A stretch of DNA of 41,593 nucleotides from Vulcanimicrobiota bacterium (lineage in GTDB: Bacteria > Vulcanimicrobiota > SpSt-956 > JAKJGF01). This document shows positions 8,174 to 17,165 of the stretch, one piece after another. Each line of letters starts with the position of its first letter. Positions within the stretch are counted from its first letter, which is position 1. The DNA is taken from positions 1 to 41,593 of the forward strand of contig DAIOEN010000040.1 in the NCBI GenBank assembly GCA_036746235.1. Direction: 5' to 3'. Under the pieces are notes generated by a model. The model made no database searches and was not told the origin of the DNA. It worked only from the letters and a program-made list of their open reading frames with translations. Made by a program: the position numbers and the translations under genes.

Positions 8174-10504
8174 ATGAAACAAATAATTACAGGTGTCCAC
8201 ACATTACTGGATCTCATATTCAGAGAAAAAGACCTTTCTCTGTCAATAATGTCACAGACAAGGCTTACAGAAGGTATAGCAGGCCATATAGAAGTTCAGT
8301 CTTCAAGACCGGCACACTATGAAGCAGAAGTTCCTGTTCAATTCAGCTATATGGATGAACCATATGAAGTTATTGTAAGAGGACGTATTGACGGCATATA
8401 CAGATATGAAGATACCCTGAAGATTGAAGAAATAAAAACTACCTACATGGAGCTTGAAGCATTAAGGGCCGGTATTCATCCCTATTATGAAGCACAGCTT
8501 AAACTCTATATGTATTTCCTCAAAGAACAGAATAAAGATAAAAAGATTGAAGGAGTGCTAACATACTATTCATTGCAGACAGGTCAGACAAGGGAATTTA
8601 ATATAGATTTCAATGAAAAAGATTTCAGAGATTTTTTTGAATATCTTGCGAAAACCATTATAGATATAAAAAGAAAAGAAGATGAATGGAAGGAATTAAG
8701 AGATAATTCCATCCAGGAATTGACATTTCCCTTTGACATACTGAGAAAAGGCCAGAAGGAACTGGGAGAGAAAATTTCACAGATTATAGAAGAAGGGAAA
8801 AACCTTCTACTGGAAGCACCTACAGGGACAGGGAAAACTGTGGCAATACTGTTTCCTTCCATAAAACATCTACATTCATGTCTTTATGAGAAAATTTTTT
8901 TTCTCACTGCAAAGACTCCGGGACAGAATATAGTAAGGGAAACACTTCAGATATTTAAAGAAAAAGGACTTCATATGAGAAGCGTTTTTTTAAATGCAAA
9001 AGAAAAGATGTGTTTCATGGGTGATTGTAACTGTGATCCTTCCCTGTGTAAATACGCAGAGAGATATTATGAAAAACTTCCATCTGCCATCGAAGATATA
9101 ATGAAAGATGAAATTTTTACAAGAGAAAAAATTATTTCCCTATCAGAAACATTTAAGATATGTCCTTTTGAATTCTCTCTTGATCTGTCACTTTACTGTG
9201 ACATGATAGTCTGTGATTATAATTATGTCTTTGACCCTGCCGTATATTTAAGAAGATATTTTCTCGGGGGAAAAGAGAAATATCTGTTTCTCATAGATGA
9301 AGCCCATAATCTGGTAAACAGAGGAAGGGATATGTATTCTGCCTCTATAGATAAAAAGACAATACTCAATCTTAAAAGAGAAATGAAAAATAAAGACAAG
9401 AAATTATATAAATTCTTTGATGATATGAATAAACAGTTTATTTCGTGGAATAAAGAATTAAAAGAAGATAAAAAATCCATCCTTCTCTTAAATGACATAC
9501 CTGAATGTTTTAATATATGGAAAGAAGATTTTTTCAGCATGTCAGATGAATTTTTCGGTAGTAATAACCAGTCTCTGGAGCTAAAAAATTTTTATTATGA
9601 CTTTCAGCATTTTAAGAGAATAATGGATCTTTCTTCGGAAGATCACAGAATTTTTATAAAAACCGGACATCAAACTCTATTCTGGAAAATATTCTGCCTC
9701 AATCCCGGAAAAGAACTGGCAAAAAGATTTAAAAAAAGTCATGCTTCTATTTTATTTTCAGGTACTCTCACGCCGCCGGAATATTTCAGAGATCATACGG
9801 GTTTAAAAGAAGAAACTGAATATTTAAGCCTTCCCTCTCCTTTTCCGCCAGAGAATTCACTCTATCTCCATATCCCCGGTATTTCCACTACCTATAAAAG
9901 AAGAGAGGAATTCTATGAGAAGATTGCGGAACACATAAAAAGAATTATTTCGGTAAAAAAAGGAATTTATCTGTGCTTTTTTCCTTCCTATAAATTTCTG
10001 GACGAAGTTCTGGCAAGGTTTAATTTACCGGAAGACTGCTATATATTTATACAGTCAAAAAATATGACAGAAGCTGAAAGGGATGAATTTTTAAAAAATT
10101 TCATTCCTTCTGAAAAAACAAAAGTGGGATTTGTAGTCATGGGAGGCCTTTTCGGAGAAGGCATAGATCTTCCGGGAGAAAAACTCATAGGTGCCATTAT
10201 AGTCGGAGTCGGCCTTCCCATGGTAGATGAGGAGCAATCTCTCATAAGCGACTATTTCGAAGAAAAAGAAAAAGGCAGAGGTTTTCTTTACAGTTATATG
10301 ATCCCTGGTATGATAAGGGTCATACAGTCTGCCGGAAGGGTTTACAGGACTCCGTCTGATAAAGGGATTGTAGTGTTAATGGATAACCGGTTCAGACATG
10401 GAGGGTATCTGAAACTTATGCCGAAGCGGTGGTTTACAGAGAAAAGAGCCCTGTCATCGGGAGAATATGAAGGTATTTTAAGGGATTTCTGGCATGGTGA
10501 TTAG
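8174..10504 (+). CDS. Fusion protein: N-terminal PD-(D/E)xK (RecB/Cas4-like) nuclease domain plus SF2 DinG/XPD (Rad3)-family helicase
   Basis: Nuclease motifs GRIDGIY (D), IEEIKT (ExK) and QLKLY (QxxxY) within the first 110 aa. Helicase motifs APTGTGKT (Walker A), FLIDEAHNL (DEAH), GEGIDLPGEKLIGAIIVGVGLP, QSAGRVYRTPSDKG (motif VI). A Cys cluster CFMGDCNCDPSLC sits between motifs I and II where the XPD/DinG FeS domain lies. Confidence 0.8.
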   Translation: MKQIITGVHTLLDLIFREKDLSLSIMSQTRLTEGIAGHIEVQSSRPAHYEAEVPVQFSYMDEPYEVIVRGRIDGIYRYEDTLKIEEIKTTYMELEALRAGIHPYYEAQLKLYMYFLKEQNKDKKIEGVLTYYSLQTGQTREFNIDFNEKDFRDFFEYLAKTIIDIKRKEDEWKELRDNSIQELTFPFDILRKGQKELGEKISQIIEEGKNLLLEAPTGTGKTVAILFPSIKHLHSCLYEKIFFLTAKTPGQNIVRETLQIFKEKGLHMRSVFLNAKEKMCFMGDCNCDPSLCKYAERYYEKLPSAIEDIMKDEIFTREKIISLSETFKICPFEFSLDLSLYCDMIVCDYNYVFDPAVYLRRYFLGGKEKYLFLIDEAHNLVNRGRDMYSASIDKKTILNLKREMKNKDKKLYKFFDDMNKQFISWNKELKEDKKSILLLNDIPECFNIWKEDFFSMSDEFFGSNNQSLELKNFYYDFQHFKRIMDLSSEDHRIFIKTGHQTLFWKIFCLNPGKELAKRFKKSHASILFSGTLTPPEYFRDHTGLKEETEYLSLPSPFPPENSLYLHIPGISTTYKRREEFYEKIAEHIKRIISVKKGIYLCFFPSYKFLDEVLARFNLPEDCYIFIQSKNMTEAERDEFLKNFIPSEKTKVGFVVMGGLFGEGIDLPGEKLIGAIIVGVGLPMVDEEQSLISDYFEEKEKGRGFLYSYMIPGMIRVIQSAGRVYRTPSDKGIVVLMDNRFRHGGYLKLMPKRWFTEKRALSSGEYEGILRDFWHGD

Positions 10505-10528
10505 ATAAAAATTGTGATTTATGCTATA

Positions 10529-10571
10529 TTGACATACAACCAGTATGTTAGTAAAATATTAACATACTGGA
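10529..10571 (+). promoter_or_regulatory. Sigma-70-type promoter (TTGACA-N17-TAAAAT) overlapped by an 11-bp perfect inverted repeat (ccagtatgtta / taacatactgg), upstream of the AbiEi gene
   Basis: TTGACA at 10529-10534, 17-nt spacer, TAAAAT at 10552-10557. The inverted repeat at 10541-10551 and 10561-10571 brackets the -10 element; GGAGG SD at 10569-10573; TTG start at 10582. Confidence 0.55.
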
Positions 10572-10581
10572 GGTGTAACCA

Positions 10582-11208
10582 TTGTTTCTTACTCTGAGAG
10601 AATCGGCTTTAACAGAAGAATTTGATTACAATTTTATCAAGTATGCCCTTCGTGAATACAAACATCCCCGTGTAAAGATAAATGATCTTCTGAAAAAAAG
10701 TGAAATTATCCGTGTAAAAAAGGGACTTTACATATTTGGCGAAAAACTGGCACGAGAACCTTACTCAAAGGAGACTCTGGCAAATTTGATATATGGCCCG
10801 TCTTATATTTCTCTTGAATATGCTCTTTCTTTTTATGGTCTCTTCCCCGAGCATGTAGAAACTGTTACCAGTATAACAAATAAGAGAAAAAAATTTTTTC
10901 ACACACCGGTGGGAGATTTTTCCTACACATATATACCTCCTTCTATGTATCCATGGGGTATAACTCTTTATAATATAGATAAATATCATTCTATTTTAAT
11001 CGCTACAAAGGAAAAGGCTATTGCAGATATATTATATCTTTCTGACGATACTATCGATGAAGATGAAATAAAAACATATCTTTTTGAAGATATGAGACTG
11101 GACATAGAAGATTTTAGAAAATTTAATCTAAGAAAGCTAAAAAAACTAAGTGAGCTCTATGGAGATAAGGTAAAATCTTTATATAAATTTCTGGAGAAAG
11201 TAAAATGA
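10582..11208 (+). CDS. AbiEi-family antitoxin/transcriptional regulator (type IV TA / abortive infection)
   Basis: Two-domain 208-aa protein resembling AbiEi; its stop overlaps the start of the downstream AbiEii-like gene by 4 nt (ATGA). TTG start with GGAGG SD. Confidence 0.65.
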   Translation: MFLTLRESALTEEFDYNFIKYALREYKHPRVKINDLLKKSEIIRVKKGLYIFGEKLAREPYSKETLANLIYGPSYISLEYALSFYGLFPEHVETVTSITNKRKKFFHTPVGDFSYTYIPPSMYPWGITLYNIDKYHSILIATKEKAIADILYLSDDTIDEDEIKTYLFEDMRLDIEDFRKFNLRKLKKLSELYGDKVKSLYKFLEKVK

Positions 11209-12074
11209 ATGAAGCAGTCAAAATAATGCTTGCCCGTTACAGATGTAACAGTATAAATGATTATGAAAATGCTCTGAAGGAGATTATTCAGGAGATAGCA
11301 CTCCTGGGACTGTGGCGTTCAAAATTTTTTGAAAAAGCTGCTTTTTACGGAGGTTCTGCATTAAGAATTTTATATGGTCTGGAAAGGTTTTCTGAAGATC
11401 TGGATTTTACACTTTTAGAAAAAGATGAAACTTTTTGTTTTGAACATTACTGCAGGGCAGTTCAGGATGAATTGAATGGTTTTGGATTTTCTGTAACAGT
11501 TGAAAAGAAAGAGAAAAAGATTGACTCAAATATCAGTTCTGCTTTTATAAAGGCAGGAACGGTCAGGAATATGATTATTATCGATATGCAGACATCGGTT
11601 ATAAAAAAGATACATAGAGAAAAGACTATGAAAATAAAGCTGGAAGTCGATATAGATCCTCCAGGCGACTTTCTTACAGAAGTAAAGTACCTGTTTCAGC
11701 CTGTAGCTTTTTCTGTTAACACCTGCAGTTTACCCCATCTTTTTGCCGGGAAAATGCATGCCATTCTCTGCAGGTCCTGGGGGAAAAGAGTAAAAGGAAG
11801 AGACTGGTATGACCTTGTATGGTATATGGGAAGAGATATACCTGTCGGGTTGAAACATCTGGAAAACAGGATGAAACAAACAGGACATCTCAAAGAAAAA
11901 GAGGTGCTTACAGAAGAAATTCTGAAGGAAAAACTCCTGGAAAGGATTAAAACTGTAGACTTCAATAATGCCAGAAAAGATGTGGTTAATCTCCTGAAAG
12001 ACCCTTCTTCTCTGACCCTCTGGTCAGAGGAGTTTTTCAGTTTTATCTGTAAAAAAATCAGGACTGTTCAATAA
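11205..12074 (+). CDS. AbiEii/AbiGii-family nucleotidyltransferase toxin (DUF1814-like)
   Basis: FYGGSALRILYGLERFSEDLDFTL matches the hallmark GGTAL...R.S.DLDF nucleotidyltransferase motif of AbiEii; translationally coupled to AbiEi. Confidence 0.8.
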   Translation: MNEAVKIMLARYRCNSINDYENALKEIIQEIALLGLWRSKFFEKAAFYGGSALRILYGLERFSEDLDFTLLEKDETFCFEHYCRAVQDELNGFGFSVTVEKKEKKIDSNISSAFIKAGTVRNMIIIDMQTSVIKKIHREKTMKIKLEVDIDPPGDFLTEVKYLFQPVAFSVNTCSLPHLFAGKMHAILCRSWGKRVKGRDWYDLVWYMGRDIPVGLKHLENRMKQTGHLKEKEVLTEEILKEKLLERIKTVDFNNARKDVVNLLKDPSSLTLWSEEFFSFICKKIRTVQ

Positions 12075-12135
12075 AAATATAAAGAATTTATTACTTTGTT
12101 CGTAATAAATTCTATAATCTTTTTGATAATAACAC

Positions 12136-12351
12136 TTATCCATGATTTTGTTCAGCTTCTATCTGCGTGCCACATGTATCAAGATAATTTTTCCATAATC
12201 GTTTCTTACATTCAGGGCATACAGTATGACTTATGTCCTGAATAATATCTGAAGTTTCCGTCCATATACCTGTATCAATATCTTTTACTTTTCTGCACCA
12301 TGCACATTGTTTTAATTTATATTCATCTTTCTTTATGATATTTATTATAAT
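12136..12351 (-). CDS. Putative small zinc-ribbon protein (C-x2-C...C-x2-C) with a non-ATG (ATT/ATA) start; speculative
   Basis: Minus-strand ORF ...IIKKDEYKLKQCAWCRKVKDIDTGIWTETSDIIQDISHTVCPECKKRLWKNYLDTCGTQIEAEQNHG* preceded by a perfect AAGGAGG SD 6-9 nt before in-frame ATT/ATA codons; no in-frame ATG/GTG/TTG. Confidence 0.25.
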   Translation of the reverse strand: MIINIIKKDEYKLKQCAWCRKVKDIDTGIWTETSDIIQDISHTVCPECKKRLWKNYLDTCGTQIEAEQNHG

Positions 12352-12509
12352 AACGTCCCTCCTTCAGATTTCTGGTAAAAAAATATCCTTCTCACACTTT
12401 ACTGATGTAATCGTAAATAATATATATGCTTTTATAACACGTAACGCGTTACGGGATAAGAACCTTTATTACATGCTTACGCTCAGGTCAGTAACATGTA
12501 AAAGTAAAA

Positions 12510-13895
12510 TCAATATCCATAAGACCATGACCAGGTAATATTATTATTATCTATTCCATCAATAATCTTTGTTCCGGGAAGTTTTCCCAGAGCTTCATCA
12601 TAGTGAGTGCTTACTTTAGCACCATTTAAAGTAACAGTTTTACCTACAAATGAGCCCCATAAATCAGAATTGCTATTACCCATACCATGTAATGTAATAT
12701 TTGCATTAGGAGCATAAATAGCTCCGCATAAACTTCCTGCGCCTCCAAGGTTGACTTCAGTACAGGTACTGGTCCCATAAATCATCAGATGAGAAGCAGA
12801 AGCGAGAGGTGTAGTAACAGCATTTCTACCATTACCATTACCGGTTGTTATAGTATTAATATTAGCCTGCCCACTAAGGTTAATGGAACCGGTAACATAA
12901 ATAGTTACATTTCCATTAACCTTGAGACTGGTTTCTGCATTACCGCCGCCGGTGAGAGTTAAATTCTCAAATATATAAACCCCTTCATTCAGAGTTGTAG
13001 TGTTGTTACCACTTATACTGAGATTTCTGTATGCGCCACCACCGGACAGAGTAGAACCTGCATTAACATCAACAGTGCCTGCAACTTTATTAGGAACAGG
13101 AGGTAAGTCGAATGGCTCAGCAAGAGGAGTATAATTCTGTGCCGGCAACGTTACCTGTATACCATTTGGATCACGATAGGTTCCGCTTCCTGAAACATCT
13201 ACTCCTGATGGTACTTTTATCTGGCCATTTATATTCCTTCCTCCAAGAGCTAACGTATTTGGATCTGAAGAAAGACCACTATTAACTCCGATATCACCAT
13301 GACTGCCACCGGAATAAACATTCGGGTTAACAGAAGAATCATAACTATCACTCAGAAAACCCTGGCCTGCATTACCGCTCGTGTCAATCCCTTCATCAGC
13401 AAAAATTGAATATTGAAAAGGATTGGAATCTTTTATAAGTGCAGTCCCTATAGCAATAACCCTTGCTTTGGATTTATAATTTGCAGAACTGACATATCCG
13501 CAGTAACCTGTAGCAACAATTTCAATCTTTCCCGGAGGAATATTCGGTATAGCACCACTTATGGATGGTACAGATGTAGTTCCATTTATATTATTTTTTA
13601 TCTGAACCTCGTAATATCCACGGATTTTCTGGTCTGTAACAGTATAAGTAGTTAAAGGGGTAGGCGGTAATGGTGTATTACAATCAGGGTCCTGTTCCAC
13701 CATGTAAATAGCATAAGAAACACCGGCTTTGGCTGCTTCTACGGCTGTTATACTATAATTTTTCTTTGTTATTACATTTGCCAGAGTCATACCTCTTATA
13801 ACAAGAGCAGTACCCAGAATAGCAATCAAAACAAGGGACATAATCGTAATAGCTATTCCCATACCTTTCTGATTTTTAAATAACTTTTTCAACAT
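12510..13895 (-). CDS. PilX-like type IV pilus minor pilin / pseudopilin (large, Gly/Asn/Thr-rich)
   Basis: N-terminus MLKKLFKNQKGMGIAITIMSLVLIAILGTALVIRGMTLAN is typical of the PilX N-terminal domain; last gene of the minus-strand pilin cluster. Confidence 0.6.
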   Translation of the reverse strand: MLKKLFKNQKGMGIAITIMSLVLIAILGTALVIRGMTLANVITKKNYSITAVEAAKAGVSYAIYMVEQDPDCNTPLPPTPLTTYTVTDQKIRGYYEVQIKNNINGTTSVPSISGAIPNIPPGKIEIVATGYCGYVSSANYKSKARVIAIGTALIKDSNPFQYSIFADEGIDTSGNAGQGFLSDSYDSSVNPNVYSGGSHGDIGVNSGLSSDPNTLALGGRNINGQIKVPSGVDVSGSGTYRDPNGIQVTLPAQNYTPLAEPFDLPPVPNKVAGTVDVNAGSTLSGGGAYRNLSISGNNTTTLNEGVYIFENLTLTGGGNAETSLKVNGNVTIYVTGSINLSGQANINTITTGNGNGRNAVTTPLASASHLMIYGTSTCTEVNLGGAGSLCGAIYAPNANITLHGMGNSNSDLWGSFVGKTVTLNGAKVSTHYDEALGKLPGTKIIDGIDNNNITWSWSYGY

Positions 13896-13918
13896 ATTCT
13901 TTACCTCCTTAATTCATT

Positions 13919-14641
13919 TTAATTGCTCATATTCATAGTAAAAGAAACAATAATGGAATTATAAGATGTACTGGGATTATTAGGATCAAAATTAGTATTT
14001 GCTTTTTCAGATATTATTATATCTACTTTCAATGGTAATTTAGTTCCTATAACAGACGGAGGAATACCTGCAGGAGAAACACCTATCTCCGGGAAATTCA
14101 AATCTCTTACTCTATGGGCTATAATCATTTTTTGCAGCCACCCATCCCCGATTGAACCGCCTGTAATAAAACTGTTTACACCTAATCCATATGGAAGCGG
14201 TATAACACTACCAGTTGTGCCTCCGGCAGGATCCCGTAAAAATTCTCTTCTACACAGAGCCTTTTCATTTGACTTTTCATCTGTATCTATATAATAACAT
14301 ACATACTTATACCATATAGATTTTGCAGTATTGGGGTCAATCTGAAATTCATTATTCTGGTTAAAATCTCTGGCAGAAGCAAATATTATTCCCGTTGGTT
14401 GATTAACATCGGAAGGATTATATATAGTAGTAGTTTTATAAGATGATTCCATAAGTTCTCTTGAAAGTTTCGCTAAAGCTACCGATGCATCCTGCTGCAT
14501 GTTGGAAAGACTGGATTGAGAGAGATAACTTTTTTTTAGAAGCAGTCCTATACCTGCTATCATGGTAAACATAATCCCCATAACAGATATGGTTATAAGG
14601 AGTTCTACAGAAGTAACACCTCTCTTCTTTTTTATAGCCAT
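13919..14641 (-). CDS. Prepilin-type N-terminal cleavage/methylation-domain protein (PilW-like minor pilin)
   Basis: KRGVTSVELLITISVMGIMFTMIAG: class III signal peptide (G|VTSVE with E at +5) followed by a hydrophobic helix. Confidence 0.65.
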   Translation of the reverse strand: MAIKKKRGVTSVELLITISVMGIMFTMIAGIGLLLKKSYLSQSSLSNMQQDASVALAKLSRELMESSYKTTTIYNPSDVNQPTGIIFASARDFNQNNEFQIDPNTAKSIWYKYVCYYIDTDEKSNEKALCRREFLRDPAGGTTGSVIPLPYGLGVNSFITGGSIGDGWLQKMIIAHRVRDLNFPEIGVSPAGIPPSVIGTKLPLKVDIIISEKANTNFDPNNPSTSYNSIIVSFTMNMSN

Positions 14642-14654
14642 TTCAGCACCTCCT

Positions 14655-15113
14655 TTATATACCGGAATTCCCCGGATTAACTACAATAGTTACAAGTTCT
14701 ATCTGTCTGAGCCTTCCACCGCCTGTAGCTATGCCACGACCCATAGTATGTTCATTCCATGTAACTCTCACGTTCAGATTATAAATACTATTTAATTTTA
14801 TGGCAGAAGAAGATATATTAACCTGAAAATTTGTAGAACTAACAACTCTATTTACATTGGTTGTAACGACTACAGGTTCTGAATGGCCTGTAGAAGTAAG
14901 CTGGCCTTTAACCTGGTCCCATCTGACAGTGGTCGGAGTGGCATAAAGTTCCATATATGACTGGGCAATCTGCTGTGCAAGAAGTCTGTTCTGTGAACTT
15001 TTTATAAAAATTCCAGTACCGGGAACTACCTGTAATATGGAAAGAAATCCTATAGAAAGAACTATGATTGAAATCATTGCATCTATCAGTGTAATACCCT
15101 TTTCTCTGCTCAT
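14655..15113 (-). CDS. PilV-like type IV pilus minor pilin
   Basis: MSREKGITLIDAMISIIVLSIGFLSILQV: prepilin-like N-terminus (G|ITLID) plus hydrophobic helix. Confidence 0.6.
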   Translation of the reverse strand: MSREKGITLIDAMISIIVLSIGFLSILQVVPGTGIFIKSSQNRLLAQQIAQSYMELYATPTTVRWDQVKGQLTSTGHSEPVVVTTNVNRVVSSTNFQVNISSSAIKLNSIYNLNVRVTWNEHTMGRGIATGGGRLRQIELVTIVVNPGNSGI

Positions 15114-15161
15114 ATATCATACCCCCTTTTTTATTACATGAATACCTCATAATAAACCCTG

Positions 15162-17144
15162 TTATTTTAAATTGGAAGAAATAAATACAAGACTCATGGG
15201 AGTCACAACAGGGCTGGCAATTTTATTAGTATTTTTATTTTCTATATCACACATATAGATATAATTTAAGGCATGGTCAAAGGTAGTTGTGCCGACATAA
15301 AGCTGTTTTCCGTCTTTAGAAAAAGTAAGGCTACATGGTATATTTTGAAATTTCATTTTATCTACAACTTTGTCATCTATAAGTGATATAAGAAGGACTT
15401 CCTGAGGTTTCTGGCACATTACAGCAAGTAATTTCTTATCTTTAGAAAAAGCAATTTTACCGGGGCCATCACCTGTCTCTATTCTGGAAACAACCTGTTT
15501 TTTATCACCGTCTATAACAAGTATCTCATTTTTATCTATTATCGATAAATAGAGTTTATTATTAAGACCGGAATTAATTATATCTACAGGGGTACCATCA
15601 ATCTTTATGGAAGCGAGTAAATTTCCCGTAATTTCCATAACGTCTACAGTCATAGAATCTCTGTTAACTACGAAGAGTTCCTCACCTGTAGAAGAAAAAC
15701 AAACTGAAACAGGACCTTTGCCTCCACTCTTTAATGTAGCTACAGGATTATTATAATCTGTATCTACAAGGGTTATAGTATCTGAAGTTCTGCCGGTTAC
15801 TGCAAGATAATTCTGAACGGGGGAAAAGCTCAATCCCTTCGGATCATTACCTACTTTTATTTGTGTTACTATTTGATTTTTTCCTGAATCAAAACATTCC
15901 AGGAAATCGGAACCGGAAGTTACATAAACATATTTACCATTTCTACTCAAAATTGCATCTCCAGGCAGTTTGTATTTTGTCTTAAGAATTTGCATAGCAT
16001 CAGGTTTCTTTATATTCATTGAAGCTATTCCATTATTACCTATAATTATAATTTTCTCCTCTTTACCTGTTCTTGAAGTGGCAAACATTATAGCGACACC
16101 TATTAAACATAACACAAATATGGCACCAATGGCTATCAGCTGATTCATATGGGCATACCAGATTTTTTTCATATTCCACGAAATAGAGTTACAGATTTCC
16201 TCTATAAAAGATTTCGGCATGGCCTCCATCGTTTTCTCTGTTTCAATCTTCTGCTTCATTTTTATGGTAACAGATCTGCCCTGAGTTGTATCAAAAGAAA
16301 TTTTCTCAAGTAATTCTCTGACTTCGGATATCTTCTGTATTCTTTTATCCTGATTGAATTCTATACATTTAGTAGCAATCTCACCCAGTTCTTTTTTACC
16401 TCTCAGAGGAGAAAAATTAAGGGGATTATTTCTGGGATCTTCCTTTGTTAACATATAATATAATAAAGCTCCCACGCCAAAGATATCAGCCCTGGTATCA
16501 ACAGGCTTTAAGCCATATTGCTCAGGTGCCGAATAGCCGGGAGTTCCCATATATTTATTATGGGAAAATCCTTTATCTAACATTCTTGAAAGTCCGTAAT
16601 CTGTCAGTTTTATGTTACCATCACCGGTAAAAAGTATATTTTCAGGTTTGAGATCATAAAATATGACCGGCCCTCCGGCAGAATAATGGAGAGCAGAAAG
16701 GGCATCACATATCTGAAGAGTCCATTCTTTAATTTTATCAAAAGGTATATCTTCATTATATTCCTTCATAACATCAACAAGGTTTGTTCTTCCTGCATTC
16801 TCACATTCCGTAACAATATAAACCCTGTATTTCAAGAATTCCTTTTCGTCTTCCGTAAAGATATCATATACAGGGCTCAGGTTTTCATGAGTTATATTAA
16901 TAATATGCTTGATTCTGTCTTCAAGAGATTCTATAATTTCTTTTCTGAATTTATCATCAGATATGGAAAATACAAGCTCCCTTATTAATACATTTTTTTC
17001 AGGATTATAAATATCAAATGCTATGTATTTAAGATCATTTTCTTCACCTTCGTTTGATAAAACCTGAATAATTTTATATTTGTCTCCAAGAATAGTGTCT
17101 TTAGATAACCGGGTAGTTTCTCTCATAAGTTTCACCTTTTCCAC
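15162..17144 (-). CDS. Hanks-type Ser/Thr protein kinase with TM segment and C-terminal extracytoplasmic beta-propeller (YVTN/lactonase-like repeats)
   Basis: Catalytic loop YDLKPENILF, DYGLS (DFG-like), GTPGYSAPE; TM helix LIAIGAIFVLCLIGVAIMFA; C-terminal repeats (YVTSGS..., LAVTGRTSD..., LYVGTTT...). Confidence 0.85.
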   Translation of the reverse strand: MEKVKLMRETTRLSKDTILGDKYKIIQVLSNEGEENDLKYIAFDIYNPEKNVLIRELVFSISDDKFRKEIIESLEDRIKHIINITHENLSPVYDIFTEDEKEFLKYRVYIVTECENAGRTNLVDVMKEYNEDIPFDKIKEWTLQICDALSALHYSAGGPVIFYDLKPENILFTGDGNIKLTDYGLSRMLDKGFSHNKYMGTPGYSAPEQYGLKPVDTRADIFGVGALLYYMLTKEDPRNNPLNFSPLRGKKELGEIATKCIEFNQDKRIQKISEVRELLEKISFDTTQGRSVTIKMKQKIETEKTMEAMPKSFIEEICNSISWNMKKIWYAHMNQLIAIGAIFVLCLIGVAIMFATSRTGKEEKIIIIGNNGIASMNIKKPDAMQILKTKYKLPGDAILSRNGKYVYVTSGSDFLECFDSGKNQIVTQIKVGNDPKGLSFSPVQNYLAVTGRTSDTITLVDTDYNNPVATLKSGGKGPVSVCFSSTGEELFVVNRDSMTVDVMEITGNLLASIKIDGTPVDIINSGLNNKLYLSIIDKNEILVIDGDKKQVVSRIETGDGPGKIAFSKDKKLLAVMCQKPQEVLLISLIDDKVVDKMKFQNIPCSLTFSKDGKQLYVGTTTFDHALNYIYMCDIENKNTNKIASPVVTPMSLVFISSNLK

Positions 17145-17165
17145 ATCCTTTTCAGTTAAAATAGA

